Below, in pieces: positions 48,291-58,648 of a DNA stretch of 64,000 nucleotides (positions within the stretch are counted from its first letter, which is position 1; each line of letters starts with the position of its first letter). Below the pieces are notes generated by a model that made no database searches, was not told where the DNA came from, and was given only the letters and a program-made list of their open reading frames with translations. The translations under genes were made by a program, and so were the position numbers. Origin of the DNA: a virus. The DNA is taken from IMG/VR virus record IMGVR_UViG_3300028364_001588; one strand, 5' to 3'.

Positions 48291-49269
48291 TTTCTTCTTT
48301 TTTTTCTACCATCTTTGCAACTGCATCAATAGAGTTATTTATTACTTTCTGCTCTTCTTCCGTTAGGTCATCAAACAGTTTTCCATGCTTCTTTGCTGCG
48401 ATAGCATCGAGAGCACCTTTTCCTGAGTCTAATAAAAACCCAAGGTCAAGCTCTTGGTGGCACCCTTCTATTTCTAAACTTAGAAAATCTATATCCTTTA
48501 AAATCGGTGCCTCACCTTTGATTAATTGTTCATTCATTCTTTGTCTGGCTTTTTTAGCCTGAATGTCTTTTAGTGTCATAGTCATCTCGTTTTCAACAGA
48601 CATTTGAACCCTTCCTATTGGAACATTTACAAGTGTGCTGTGATTGTATGATGCCATTTTGTTTCTTGGGAACATTTCGGCAAAGTCAAACAGAGCCATT
48701 TCTAACTCTTCGGCTCCAGTGAATTTAGACTTGCGAACAAGTTTATAAATATCTTTTCTCCTAAAGATGTGGCCATTCAATGCAAATGGGTATCCGAAGT
48801 CAAGATAGTGAAGACTCCAATCCCATTTCATTGTATTGCCGTCATGCTCCATATCGTGCATTACATTGTCTGCACCGAGCGTATAACACTTGGTTACGTT
48901 TTCTCCAAGCCTAAGAGAAAAGCAAACAACATCTTCATCAGACTCAATCTGAGTTGTGATGTCTTCTGTTTTTACTTCCCTGTATAATATGTCATCATCC
49001 AAGAAGAAGCAGGCATAATCATGTTTGGTTTTAAGTAGTGCAAGAACTTGTTCTTTAAATTCCTTTTCTTGCATCACAAAATTTACATCACTAAAATTGG
49101 GGTCATTAATAACTCTCCCATATCCTTTATCATAATCTTCGCTCGTATGACTTACGATTACATTTAAGTCAAAAACTCCAGAAGCATGTTTGTTTACACT
49201 TTCAAGAAACAGTCTCAACTGAGCTGCTTTATCACGACTAAATACTATTGCATTAATTTTATGATTCAT
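48280..49269 (-). CDS. GT-A fold glycosyltransferase
   Basis: IVFSRDKAAQL, FFLDDD, FSLRLG, GYPFAL.GHIFR. Confidence 0.7.
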   Translation of the reverse strand: MNHKINAIVFSRDKAAQLRLFLESVNKHASGVFDLNVIVSHTSEDYDKGYGRVINDPNFSDVNFVMQEKEFKEQVLALLKTKHDYACFFLDDDILYREVKTEDITTQIESDEDVVCFSLRLGENVTKCYTLGADNVMHDMEHDGNTMKWDWSLHYLDFGYPFALNGHIFRRKDIYKLVRKSKFTGAEELEMALFDFAEMFPRNKMASYNHSTLVNVPIGRVQMSVENEMTMTLKDIQAKKARQRMNEQLIKGEAPILKDIDFLSLEIEGCHQELDLGFLLDSGKGALDAIAAKKHGKLFDDLTEEEQKVINNSIDAVAKMVEKKEENEQ

Positions 49270-49606
49270 CACTATTTGTTTCTGGAGTATTATGTCTATT
49301 TAGAATTTCAATAATTTTATCTTTATTTTGAAGTCCTACAAACTTATCAACTTGTTGTCCTTCTTTAATTACAATGACTGTTGGCAAGTTTCTTATACCA
49401 TATTTAGCTGATAGTTCTGGGTTTTCATCTACATTTATTTTTACAACAGTAACATTCTCTACCTCCTCAGATACCTTCTCAAGTTCTGGAGAGAGAGTTT
49501 TGCAAGGCCCACACCAATTGGCATAGAAATCTACGAGTAATATATTTTTTTCAGAGTCCAATATTTGCTGAAACTCTTCTTGATTTGCGTTAATTAACTT
49601 TCCCAT
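49259..49606 (-). CDS. trxA: Thioredoxin
   Basis: VDFYANWCGPCK active site. Confidence 0.95.
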   Translation of the reverse strand: MGKLINANQEEFQQILDSEKNILLVDFYANWCGPCKTLSPELEKVSEEVENVTVVKINVDENPELSAKYGIRNLPTVIVIKEGQQVDKFVGLQNKDKIIEILNRHNTPETNSDES

Positions 49607-49739
49607 TTCTTAAATTTTTTATTTTTTATCGGTTTATACAAATTATCTCTATTTATAATAAAGCATTTGCTTTTAGGAAAAATAAATAATTGCATTGAGA
49701 AAATCAATTTTTTTGAATATTTATTAGAAAACAATAAAG

Positions 49740-50123
49740 ATGAACAAATCAAAAGTTAGCCCAAACGCTATTAAGAAAGCTGTCTTCGCAGAAGGTCTTA
49801 GAATCAAAAGGAAGGAAGAGCTTTACGAGGAGGTAAAACGAATCGAAACAGAACTCGGAACTATCAACGAAGCAAGTGAGAACATTCTTTCTGAAATCGG
49901 TATGGCAGGTTCATTTGGTTTTGTAGGAGACCAGTCAGATAATCACAAGCATGGATTTGTGGATGACAACTTCCAAAATATTTCTAACATCGCAAGATTA
50001 GAAAAAGAATTTGCTTCAGCAGATTCTAAAGAATCAATGAACGAAGACGTTATTGATGAGAATACACAACTTAAGGCTCAAATCGAAGAGCTTAAGAAAC
50101 AACTTGAGGAATCAAAAAAATAA
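49740..50123 (+). CDS. Acidic coiled-coil protein, probable head/internal protein
   Basis: TATTTATT upstream; shares a helical module with 50155 and 60258. Confidence 0.6.
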   Translation: MNKSKVSPNAIKKAVFAEGLRIKRKEELYEEVKRIETELGTINEASENILSEIGMAGSFGFVGDQSDNHKHGFVDDNFQNISNIARLEKEFASADSKESMNEDVIDENTQLKAQIEELKKQLEESKK

Positions 50124-50154
50124 TCAATCATAAACCAAAAAAAACTATTAAGTC

Positions 50155-50976
50155 ATGAAAAAAGACAAATTTCAAATAACAATGCCTGAGCTTCAAAAGC
50201 TAATCAAAGAAGAATACTCTTCTATGGCAAAAAAAGCTTCAAGAGCTGGAGAGATTCAGAACAGACTTAAAGCTATTAACGAAGAATTAGAAACTTTACC
50301 TGAAACTCTTTCAGAAGTAGAAGCTGGCGGCCTTAAAGGTGTTAAGTCAACTGGATGGACTGGAGCTGGAGAAGAAGATAAGAAGTATGATGAAAAATTC
50401 GAAAAAATCGGAACTCACTTAAAGGAGGATGAAGAAATCGAAGGAGAAATGGAAATGGGCGGAGAAGAAGAGTCTATGGGAGGTCCAGAAATGGGAGAGC
50501 CAGAGATGGAAGCTCCAGAAATGGGATATTTCGAATTAAAATTCGCAGAACTTGGAAAAGAGCTTGATGCTAAAGTAGGTGGTGAAGAAATGGATATGGA
50601 AGTTGAAGCTGGTGACGGTGAAGAAATGGAAGTTGAAATGGGCGTTGAAGAGAACGTTGAAATGGCATCTAATGATTCTGTTGCTTCTGAAGGTCTTTCT
50701 GAGGAAGTTGAAGTTGAAGAAGAAGTTGTTGCTGAAGAAATGGAAACAGAGGAAGAAGCAGAAATTGTTTCTGAAGACCTTGAAGAGCCAATCGAAGGAA
50801 AAACTCCAGCACAAGATTCTGATGCAAGATTCAATGATTACATGGAAAAAGATAAGCACGTTAAAGAAAGCGTAAATGCTCCAGGAGCTGGAGTTTTAAG
50901 CGAAGGATATTCTACTCAAAAGAAAACTGCACTTAGCAGCGAACTTGAAAGAATGAAAAGACTTGCTAAGTTATAA
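50155..50976 (+). CDS. Scaffold-like acidic head protein
   Basis: Glu/Met-rich low-complexity core; C-terminal ELERMKRLAKL resembles the scaffold C-terminus. Confidence 0.65.
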   Translation: MKKDKFQITMPELQKLIKEEYSSMAKKASRAGEIQNRLKAINEELETLPETLSEVEAGGLKGVKSTGWTGAGEEDKKYDEKFEKIGTHLKEDEEIEGEMEMGGEEESMGGPEMGEPEMEAPEMGYFELKFAELGKELDAKVGGEEMDMEVEAGDGEEMEVEMGVEENVEMASNDSVASEGLSEEVEVEEEVVAEEMETEEEAEIVSEDLEEPIEGKTPAQDSDARFNDYMEKDKHVKESVNAPGAGVLSEGYSTQKKTALSSELERMKRLAKL

Positions 50977-50987
50977 GAGAATCACCA

Positions 50988-51641
50988 ATGGATGGTAATA
51001 AAAATATAATTAGAAACCTAATTAAAAAAGAAAGCCTGAGAATTATAAAAGAATCTCAGGCTTCTTTTTTGAAGGAGGATTCTGGTGACGTTCAAAATGT
51101 CATCAAGGATGTCGATGAAGGTATTATCGGTGTTAATGAAAAAAGACTGGCCAAACTTGAAGGTGAGGAAAAATCTGCTAAAGATAAAGAAGATTTTGCT
51201 GAACTTAAAAGAATCAAAGAGGAACAGCTTGACTCTACAGAAAAACTTATTAGAGGTTATGCTAAAAAAGTAGAACTTCTTACCAAGGTTAGAGTTGAAC
51301 TGCAAGAAGAAATGATAAACATTGAAACTAATGGTTCTGGAGTATTTAAAAACCAAGAGATGAGCGAATTCAATAACGAAAGCTTTGAAAAAGATTGGGG
51401 ACTTAGAATTGAGACTCCCAACACTTCTACTGGCCTTGTTAAAGTATTAGATACTAACGCATACAAAGTTGTTGACACAAATATACCAAGCCTTGTAGTG
51501 GGCGATTTACTTCAGTTACCAGACCTTAAAATAGGAGGAGCTGGTAGTGTTAAAGTTTATAGAAAAGTTGGAGAGAGACATGAAAATGTTGCCAACTTCA
51601 AAATAGAAAATATCACTAAACTGGTTAAGAATCCACAATAA
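50988..51641 (+). CDS. Probable internal head protein
   Basis: N-terminal IIRNLIKKES motif; coiled coil followed by a small beta domain. Confidence 0.55.
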   Translation: MDGNKNIIRNLIKKESLRIIKESQASFLKEDSGDVQNVIKDVDEGIIGVNEKRLAKLEGEEKSAKDKEDFAELKRIKEEQLDSTEKLIRGYAKKVELLTKVRVELQEEMINIETNGSGVFKNQEMSEFNNESFEKDWGLRIETPNTSTGLVKVLDTNAYKVVDTNIPSLVVGDLLQLPDLKIGGAGSVKVYRKVGERHENVANFKIENITKLVKNPQ

Positions 51642-51657
51642 CAAAAAACTATAAAAC

Positions 51658-51694
51658 AAAAAAGCTCGTTAAAATTAATTAACGAGCTTTTTTT
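51658..51694. terminator. Bidirectional intrinsic terminator
   Basis: AAAAAAGCTCGTTAA...TTAACGAGCTTTTTT between convergent genes. Confidence 0.9.
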
Positions 51695-51707
51695 ATGTTC
51701 CAATGTA

Positions 51708-51914
51708 TTATTTTAAAAGTTGTCTTCCATCATCTGTTGTGATGTTATCTTCTCTTTCGACAATATCGTTTTTACCAACGCTAATTTTCTTAGCAACCTT
51801 TTTCAAAGGAGTGTCAACTTTTTCAGGACTCAATAATCCTTTGTCGTTTTTTTTATTATCTGTACTTTCAGTTATCATATCTTTATTTTTAATTGAGAAT
51901 CTCTCTCCCATCAT
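51708..51914 (-). CDS. Small protein, KGLLS...TxDGR family, copy 2
   Basis: KGLLSPEK...ITTDDGRQLLK. Confidence 0.6.
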   Translation of the reverse strand: MMGERFSIKNKDMITESTDNKKNDKGLLSPEKVDTPLKKVAKKISVGKNDIVEREDNITTDDGRQLLK

Positions 51915-52092
51915 TGGTTAATAGCTTGCCTTCGTTTTTAGACATAAGTCCATCGCTTTTTTTAGATTCCTCTATTTTTTTAGCTTTCTTTTGAGCGTTT
52001 TCTCTTAGAGCTTCACGACTTAAAAGTCCTTTGTCTGCCTTTTTAGATTTATCGTCTCCAGGCATTTCTGGTGAAAAATATTGCATGTTCAT
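51889..52092 (-). CDS. Small protein, KGLLS...TxDGR family, copy 1
   Basis: KGLLSREA...LLTNDGREILN; TATTTATA at 52106-52113. Confidence 0.6.
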   Translation of the reverse strand: MNMQYFSPEMPGDDKSKKADKGLLSREALRENAQKKAKKIEESKKSDGLMSKNEGKLLTNDGREILN

Positions 52093-52142
52093 CTTTGTTG
52101 TTTTCTATAAATAGAAAAAAATAATAAAATTTACCCCTAAAA

Positions 52143-52931
52143 TTAAGTGTTCCTAATTGTGCCTGGCATTTTTCCAGAATCTTCAAATTGCTCAAACCTA
52201 TCAATAATATCAATAAGAATTTGTTCACGAACAATATCATCACGTTCGAATTTAAAATTTTCACAACCATTTATTGTGCTAATTATATCTACAAAAGTAT
52301 CGACAGCAACATATTTCTTGTTAATGTCATTTTGTCTTGTATCTCCCATGAAAACAATCTTACTATTTCTACCAAGACGAGTAACAATACTCTTAAGTGC
52401 TTTTATGTCAAAGTTTTGGAATTCATCCACAATAATATAAGAATCTTTTAAAGAACGCCCTCTTAAAAACTGAGCTGGTTTAAATTCTATCAACTTCTCA
52501 TCCCACAGGTGTTTAAAGTCTCCTGGAGATAAGAATTCTTCGAAAGAATCTATAAATGATTCTGCAAATACTGCCATTTTTTCATCAAGCGTACCTGGAA
52601 GTGCCCCTGGGTCTCTTGTTCCAGATAAAACCTCAGTAGGTTTTGATAGGATTATTTTCTTACACTTACCAGCAAGTAATGCTTGAACTGCTGAATAACA
52701 TGCGATAAATGTCTTTGATGTTCCTGGAGGCCCTGTTACAGTTATGATTTTGTTTTTTTCAAGGATTGATAAAACTTTTTTTTGTTTGCTTGTAAGTTCG
52801 AAATCTAAACCTTTTATTTTAACAAATTCATTTGTTGTTTTTACTGAGTTTTTATAGTTTTGAACCTCTTCTAAATCAAATTTAGAAGGTTTTTTACTTT
52901 CTCTTCTCGGTGTGTTTCTATTTTTAGCCAT
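52143..52931 (-). CDS. phoH: PhoH-family ATPase
   Basis: GPPGTSKT, GALPGTLDEK, FLRGRSL, DEFQN, TRLG, GDTRQND, DIVR. Confidence 0.95.
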   Translation of the reverse strand: MAKNRNTPRRESKKPSKFDLEEVQNYKNSVKTTNEFVKIKGLDFELTSKQKKVLSILEKNKIITVTGPPGTSKTFIACYSAVQALLAGKCKKIILSKPTEVLSGTRDPGALPGTLDEKMAVFAESFIDSFEEFLSPGDFKHLWDEKLIEFKPAQFLRGRSLKDSYIIVDEFQNFDIKALKSIVTRLGRNSKIVFMGDTRQNDINKKYVAVDTFVDIISTINGCENFKFERDDIVREQILIDIIDRFEQFEDSGKMPGTIRNT

Positions 52932-53029
52932 ATATTATTTTGTATAGTAATAAATAAGCATTTTTTTTGTGAAATACAAGCATATTCGGTTTAATAAAAA
53001 TCTGAATATTTATATAGAAAGCCTCTAAA

Positions 53030-54118
53030 ATGAAATTAAACACTGAAGAATTAAAGACTTTAATTGCAAATCAAATAAGAAACGAGAATCTAAACGGCTC
53101 TCTTCCTGATGATGCAATCGAAAGAATAAAAGAAAAAATACTTGCAAAGAACGCTCACGAGTCTGCGCAAGGAATACCAGAAGTAGTTTCTGAAGACAGT
53201 TTTAATACCGATGATAGAGTGTTTCCTGACGAAAGAGAAGGAACTCCTTCTCCAGAGCAACAATTAGATATGACTGGAAGTACTCAGCCAGAAGTTTTTG
53301 TAGATGCTGGAGCCGTATCTATGAATAACACAACTGCGCCAACTATGGGATACACCCCAGAGCTTCCAGAGATGCTTAAAAAAGCTGCACCTGGAGAATT
53401 GTTTGTGTTTAGATATAATGACGTAGGAGAAAGCGGAGAAAACCTTAGCTTTAAGCCTATGAGGCTAATGAATGACCCTGATGTAAAGAAGTCGATGAAC
53501 GACCTTTGGATACAGGAGGGAAAAACAAAAGCAGACGTATATGTTGCTAAGCTTGAAAAGATGGGAGAAATTGAGTTTAATTATTCAGATGGGACAAGTA
53601 AGTTTACAGAAACAGCTTCACTTCCAGATTATGCTGGGGGACCTCAATATAAAGACAACCCTTATGCTGAAAAGTCATTACCACAAATAGATGCTGCTAC
53701 AAAAAACGAACTTGAGACCTACGTTAAATCATCAGTTGATTTAGAAAAAGTTGTTCATGACATCGTGATGAATATTGTTAAAGACTCTCTTCTTACTAAT
53801 ACAGAAAAAGCTGTGAGTACAGATGGTGTACAGGAAGATATAGCACCAAGAGTTGATAGGCCTGGATATGGCGCAGAAACTACTCAAATGGTTAGACCAA
53901 TGGAAGAAGGTTTTACTCTTTCTATGAGAGAAATTGCAGAGGGAGAATCTTATAAAAAGATTGACCTACCTAAAGGTTTGAATGAAGCTATATCATCAGG
54001 AGACAAAGGTATGCTGGTTCAAGAAAATGAAACTATGCAACAGTGGGAATTTGAAAATAAGACATATTTCACCCCAACGGATAGGCTTTCAAAAACAAAA
54101 GGATACATTAAGTCTTAA
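53030..54118 (+). CDS. Probable internal head protein
   Basis: N-terminal MKLNTEELKTLIANQI; acidic; TATTTATA upstream. Confidence 0.55.
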   Translation: MKLNTEELKTLIANQIRNENLNGSLPDDAIERIKEKILAKNAHESAQGIPEVVSEDSFNTDDRVFPDEREGTPSPEQQLDMTGSTQPEVFVDAGAVSMNNTTAPTMGYTPELPEMLKKAAPGELFVFRYNDVGESGENLSFKPMRLMNDPDVKKSMNDLWIQEGKTKADVYVAKLEKMGEIEFNYSDGTSKFTETASLPDYAGGPQYKDNPYAEKSLPQIDAATKNELETYVKSSVDLEKVVHDIVMNIVKDSLLTNTEKAVSTDGVQEDIAPRVDRPGYGAETTQMVRPMEEGFTLSMREIAEGESYKKIDLPKGLNEAISSGDKGMLVQENETMQQWEFENKTYFTPTDRLSKTKGYIKS

Positions 54119-54172
54119 AAACACTTTAATTTTATTCATTTGGATTTTACATTAAAAGAAAACAAACAAATT

Positions 54173-54445
54173 ATGAGTACTTGGAAAATTAAGAACATAA
54201 CAGATAATCCAGTTAAAATTTCTGTAGCACTTGGTGCCAACAGTAATCCTGGGATTATATTAAAGCCTGGTGAAATGGTTTTGTCTATTGCAAGACTTAC
54301 AGCGCCATTGGACGCACAAGAAAGAAGAAGCGCAGTTGAAGTTGACAGAAGCTTTGATAATTCTGAACTTAACTTACCTCTCGGTACTGTTATGTTAGAT
54401 ATTGATGCAGCGACTCAAAACGTAGAAGATTATTCTGGAGAGTAA
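54173..54445 (+). CDS. Hypothetical protein
   Basis: ATG at 54173 after an A-rich leader. Confidence 0.55.
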   Translation: MSTWKIKNITDNPVKISVALGANSNPGIILKPGEMVLSIARLTAPLDAQERRSAVEVDRSFDNSELNLPLGTVMLDIDAATQNVEDYSGE

Positions 54446-54804
54446 TGTTTAAGCCTGAATTAAAAGATACTGGTTGGGAAATAGCCCCAGAAGTAATTTT
54501 TGAAATTACTGGAGAAAACTACAAAGAGTCAGAACGAATTTTTTTAAACAACTATAATTATAGTGTAGAAGAGAAAAAATTATCAACCCTAATGAATAAT
54601 TCTTTAATGAATATAATTTGGGACTCAATTACTATCTCAGAATTAGAAAATCATTTTAAGAAAGCTATCTCTGAAGAAGATAGTCAACTTAGATTAGAAC
54701 TTGATGAAGGTGTTGTATTTGGGTGGTTACACTATAATAGAAATAATAAAATTAACACCTTTAGATTTAAAATAAACTTAAAGGGAGGGTTTAGTAAGTG
54801 CTAA
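54445..54804 (+). CDS. Hypothetical protein
   Basis: 119 aa, TAATG-coupled. Confidence 0.5.
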   Translation: MFKPELKDTGWEIAPEVIFEITGENYKESERIFLNNYNYSVEEKKLSTLMNNSLMNIIWDSITISELENHFKKAISEEDSQLRLELDEGVVFGWLHYNRNNKINTFRFKINLKGGFSKC

Positions 54805-54828
54805 ACATAACATACTTAAAATCAATTG

Positions 54829-54856
54829 AAAGAGGTCAGAAATGTCCTCTTTTTTT
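54829..54856 (+). terminator. Intrinsic terminator
   Basis: AAAGAGG...CCTCTTTTTTT. Confidence 0.7.
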
Positions 54857-54926
54857 GCTTTTTATAATTTAAGTATTGATTTTGTGACAATCAAGATTTA
54901 TATTTTTAGAAATCATACTTAAATTC

Positions 54927-56234
54927 ATGAAAGATAAGATTAAAATACTAATTATCCCCTCAGATACAATGGGAGTGGGACATTTTCGTTCGATTTGGCC
55001 AGCCCAATCAATGGAGAGAGATTATAGCGATAAAGTTGATGTAGAAATCAACCACCAACCAAACATTGAGAATATTGAATACCTTACGTCATTCGATATA
55101 ATTCATTTTCACAGACACATAGGTCCTTATGAAGGTTCTGCTGAATTATTTCCAAAAATACAAGCTGCAGGAACAATACTTGTCATGGATATTGATGACT
55201 TTTGGGAACCGCCTTCAACTCACCCTCTTTATGAAGTCGTGAAGAAAGAACGGTTATCTGAAAAGATTAGTGGAAATTTGAAGCTGGTTGACTACGTGAC
55301 AACGACTACTGAAGTTTTTGCCGAGCAAATAAGACAGTTTAACAAAAATGTTTTCGTTATTCCTAATGCACTAAACATGGAGCACAAAATGTGGGTTTCT
55401 GAATCACAAGAAAATCCTACAGATAGATGTAGAATATCTTGGATTGGAGGTTCTTCTCACTTGCATGACCTTGAGCTTATGAAGCCAGGTTTTCAAAGAT
55501 TATGGGGCAACTCTGAATTAAAGGACAAATTTCAAATAATCATGTGTGGATTTGACACAAGAGGTAGTATTACAGAAATGACTCCAGAAGGTCAAGGTAG
55601 AACACGACCAATTAAGCCACACGAAACTGTATGGTTAAAATTTGAGGAGTTTTTTACAAGCAATCACAAAGGGGCAGAAAACGACCCAGAGTATTACAAG
55701 TGGCTTAGTAAAATAAAAAAACCTAAATCAAGTGATTATAAAGATGCTCAGTATGAAAAAGACTATGTGAGAAGATGGACTCTTCCGCTTACACAATACG
55801 GTAGACACTATGATTATTGTGACGTTTGTCTTGCTCCGCTAATTGATACGTGGATTGAGAAAAAAGAGCATAAAAAACCAGACGGACGAGTTAGTGTTCA
55901 AGAAATAAAAAGAAGACACGTATTTAACGAAGTTAAGTCGGAGCTTAAGATTATTGAGGCTGGTATGAAAAAGAAAGTTCTTATTGCACAGGACTTCGGA
56001 ATCTATAAAGAATTAATAGAGGATGGAAAAACTGGATTGCTCGTTAAGAATGACCAAAAAGATTGGTATAAACATATGAAGCGAGTAATTGAAGACCCTG
56101 AGTACAGAGCTGAGCTTGCTGAAAATCTACATGAATTTGTTAAAGACAAATATGAGATTACAGGCGTTACTGGAGATAGAATTAAAATCTATGAGCAGAT
56201 AATGGAAAAAGTTAAATCAAAAGAATTAGCATAA
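54927..56234 (+). CDS. GT-B (GT4-like) glycosyltransferase
   Basis: GVGHFRSIWP, MDIDD, IPNAL, WIGGSSH, LAPL, FNEVKSELKIIEAG. Confidence 0.85.
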   Translation: MKDKIKILIIPSDTMGVGHFRSIWPAQSMERDYSDKVDVEINHQPNIENIEYLTSFDIIHFHRHIGPYEGSAELFPKIQAAGTILVMDIDDFWEPPSTHPLYEVVKKERLSEKISGNLKLVDYVTTTTEVFAEQIRQFNKNVFVIPNALNMEHKMWVSESQENPTDRCRISWIGGSSHLHDLELMKPGFQRLWGNSELKDKFQIIMCGFDTRGSITEMTPEGQGRTRPIKPHETVWLKFEEFFTSNHKGAENDPEYYKWLSKIKKPKSSDYKDAQYEKDYVRRWTLPLTQYGRHYDYCDVCLAPLIDTWIEKKEHKKPDGRVSVQEIKRRHVFNEVKSELKIIEAGMKKKVLIAQDFGIYKELIEDGKTGLLVKNDQKDWYKHMKRVIEDPEYRAELAENLHEFVKDKYEITGVTGDRIKIYEQIMEKVKSKELA

Positions 56235-56235
56235 C

Positions 56236-56273
56236 AAAAAAAGGGACTTCATAACGAAGTCCCTTTCTTTTTT
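56236..56273. terminator. Bidirectional intrinsic terminator
   Basis: AAAGGGACTTC-ATAAC-GAAGTCCCTTT between convergent genes. Confidence 0.9.
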
Positions 56274-56290
56274 CACTCTGGAGAGAATGA

Positions 56291-58612
56291 TTACAACTTA
56301 ATAGTTGCTTGTTTGTCGATAACAGTACATGTAATGTCTGTTCCATCAAATGGAATTGTCATTTCATTTTGGTCTCTATTCTCAAATTCTGAGAACCAAG
56401 ATTTACCAACAATAGTTAAGAATTTAGCTCTTGAGATTTGACCCATAAGCTTAGTCTTAGTTTTTCTAAAGTCATCAGATTTAGCATAAATCCACTCTTC
56501 AATCATCATTGACTTCTTGTCCTCTGGAAGGCTTGAGATAGTTTTTTCAAAAGCGATAAACTCTCTGATTGAAGGTGCTGCAAGAGCTTCTTTACCAGAA
56601 AGACTGTCGTCAAGTCCAGCGATGATTTTCTTTTCAGCAGATTCAAACTCTTTTTTAGTAGGATTAGCTGTAAGACCTTTGATTTTAACCTCAAGTGTGT
56701 TAACCTCAATTTCTTCATTCATCTTCTCTACTTTGCTCTTAGGACTGAATCCATTAGCTGTAAGTCCGATTTCTTTAAGCCATGCTGTAGCATCTTCACC
56801 ATAAAGGTCAAGGAAACCTTTGCTTGCTCCATCAAAGAATCTTTTCTTGTATTGTCCAAACACATAGTTAGACGCTTTAAGCTTAGCAAGTTCATGCGCT
56901 TCTTTGAATAACGCTTCAGCAGAAAGAGATTGAACCATCTGTCTATTAATTACAGGAAGCTTAGAGAAGTTAAGAACATAAATTGTTCCTTCTGCATAAG
57001 TTTCTCCTTCTAAAAGACCATTAGCCTGAAGTGTATCAAATGTAGTTTTGCTTAAACTAACTGGTAACTCATAAGTCCAGATTACACCGTCTTGAATGAT
57101 TGTGTAGTTTCTAAATATTTGAGTATCAAACTTAGCGTCAAGCCCATAACTGTTTGAAGGCAAGTTTACATATCCCTTAAAGTTAACGAGAACTGAAAGG
57201 TTTGCTCTTGTTTCGTTCCAAGTAAGACTTGAAAAAGAAGATGCTGGCATTTCTTCATTAAAAATAAATTTAATTGGCTCAACAATGTTTGCTTTAACTT
57301 CTTGAAGTTTTGCTTCAAGACCGTCAAGGTCTCCTTCGTTTAATAAATCAGATAGAGAAGATTTATCTTCATCCGTCATCTCAGACTTAACAGCAACCGC
57401 TTTTCCTCCAGTTCTTTTGTAAGAAAAAGATTCGTGTCTTGGGTACCAAACATTCTCGTCATCAGACATAAGAGTGTCAAATAAATCCATAACACAAAAC
57501 GCATCTTCTGCAGGTTCTAAGTCTGGATTGTATCCTTGTTGGTATCTTTCGCTTGGGTTTCTCATTGCATTAATGAACTTAAATTCAAGTTCGTTAATCT
57601 TTTGAGTACCAAAAGTGTTTGTTTTTTCAGTAATCAAATAAGCATCACCTAAGAAGCCTAATATTTCAGAAACTGTATTATAATCACTCACTCTTGAGTA
57701 TGCAAAGGCAGCTCCATAAAGTCCAGCGAAAATAGAATCAGAAGTATCTCCTCTAAGCACTGCATCAGAGATGAAGTTTTCATCACCAAGATATTTAGCA
57801 TTTGGAGTTTCTTCAGTAAAGTAGAATAAATCTACATCACCTTCAACGCTTAAGAAAATTTCATTATCTTCATTTGGAAGATATGTAACGATGTCTCCAT
57901 CAATAACATTGAATACAACTCCATTGTGCGGAGTGTGGTCAAGCTTAACATAACGTCTTTTAGATGTTTGACCTCCAGTGAATACTTTTTCAGAATATGG
58001 CTCATACTCATCGAAGCCTTCGCTAAAAGTATGTACTCCACCGATTGTGGTAGCCATCTCATTAAGGAGTTGTTTGTTGCAGTACCATCCGTACTCTACG
58101 ATGATTGCGCTTGAAAGTTCTTCCTTAACATCTTCAACAGCCTTAAGGACTTCTGAAGTTGTGTTACGATTATCGTGACCATCAGTCAAGAAAAACATTG
58201 TGTGAAGCATATCTGGGTTTCTCTTAGAAACTCTTTTGATTACTTCTTTTAATTCAACAAGCGGCTCTTTGAACGATGTCAAACACTGCGGTGTTAAATA
58301 TTTATCAATAAGGTTTTTTACCTTACTAAGTTCAGTTGTTCCATTTACGTGGTAATCCTCAAGAAGAACTCCGCACTCGTTTCTACCTGAGAACCAAATC
58401 AGCGTAACTGAATCACTTAGCTTAAGCATTGTAGAAATTTTGTTGTAGAGGTCTCTTCTAATAGAGTCCAATTCTCCCCACATTGAACCTGAACAGTCGA
58501 TAATGAATGTGTGATGTGCCGATACATCTACAACCTTTTGGTTTCCGTTTTCTGGTTTTACAACCTGATTCAAGAAGTTAAGATTGTCCGAGGCTTTTAA
58601 ATACTTAGACAT
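56291..58612 (-). CDS. Large protein with N-terminal vWA (MIDAS) domain
   Basis: FIIDCSGSM, T.F..PL, FFLTDGHDN; the remaining ~550 aa are unrecognised. Confidence 0.8.
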   Translation of the reverse strand: MSKYLKASDNLNFLNQVVKPENGNQKVVDVSAHHTFIIDCSGSMWGELDSIRRDLYNKISTMLKLSDSVTLIWFSGRNECGVLLEDYHVNGTTELSKVKNLIDKYLTPQCLTSFKEPLVELKEVIKRVSKRNPDMLHTMFFLTDGHDNRNTTSEVLKAVEDVKEELSSAIIVEYGWYCNKQLLNEMATTIGGVHTFSEGFDEYEPYSEKVFTGGQTSKRRYVKLDHTPHNGVVFNVIDGDIVTYLPNEDNEIFLSVEGDVDLFYFTEETPNAKYLGDENFISDAVLRGDTSDSIFAGLYGAAFAYSRVSDYNTVSEILGFLGDAYLITEKTNTFGTQKINELEFKFINAMRNPSERYQQGYNPDLEPAEDAFCVMDLFDTLMSDDENVWYPRHESFSYKRTGGKAVAVKSEMTDEDKSSLSDLLNEGDLDGLEAKLQEVKANIVEPIKFIFNEEMPASSFSSLTWNETRANLSVLVNFKGYVNLPSNSYGLDAKFDTQIFRNYTIIQDGVIWTYELPVSLSKTTFDTLQANGLLEGETYAEGTIYVLNFSKLPVINRQMVQSLSAEALFKEAHELAKLKASNYVFGQYKKRFFDGASKGFLDLYGEDATAWLKEIGLTANGFSPKSKVEKMNEEIEVNTLEVKIKGLTANPTKKEFESAEKKIIAGLDDSLSGKEALAAPSIREFIAFEKTISSLPEDKKSMMIEEWIYAKSDDFRKTKTKLMGQISRAKFLTIVGKSWFSEFENRDQNEMTIPFDGTDITCTVIDKQATIKL

Positions 58613-58648
58613 AATACTCTGTTATTTGTTAAAATTTAATTGTCGATG

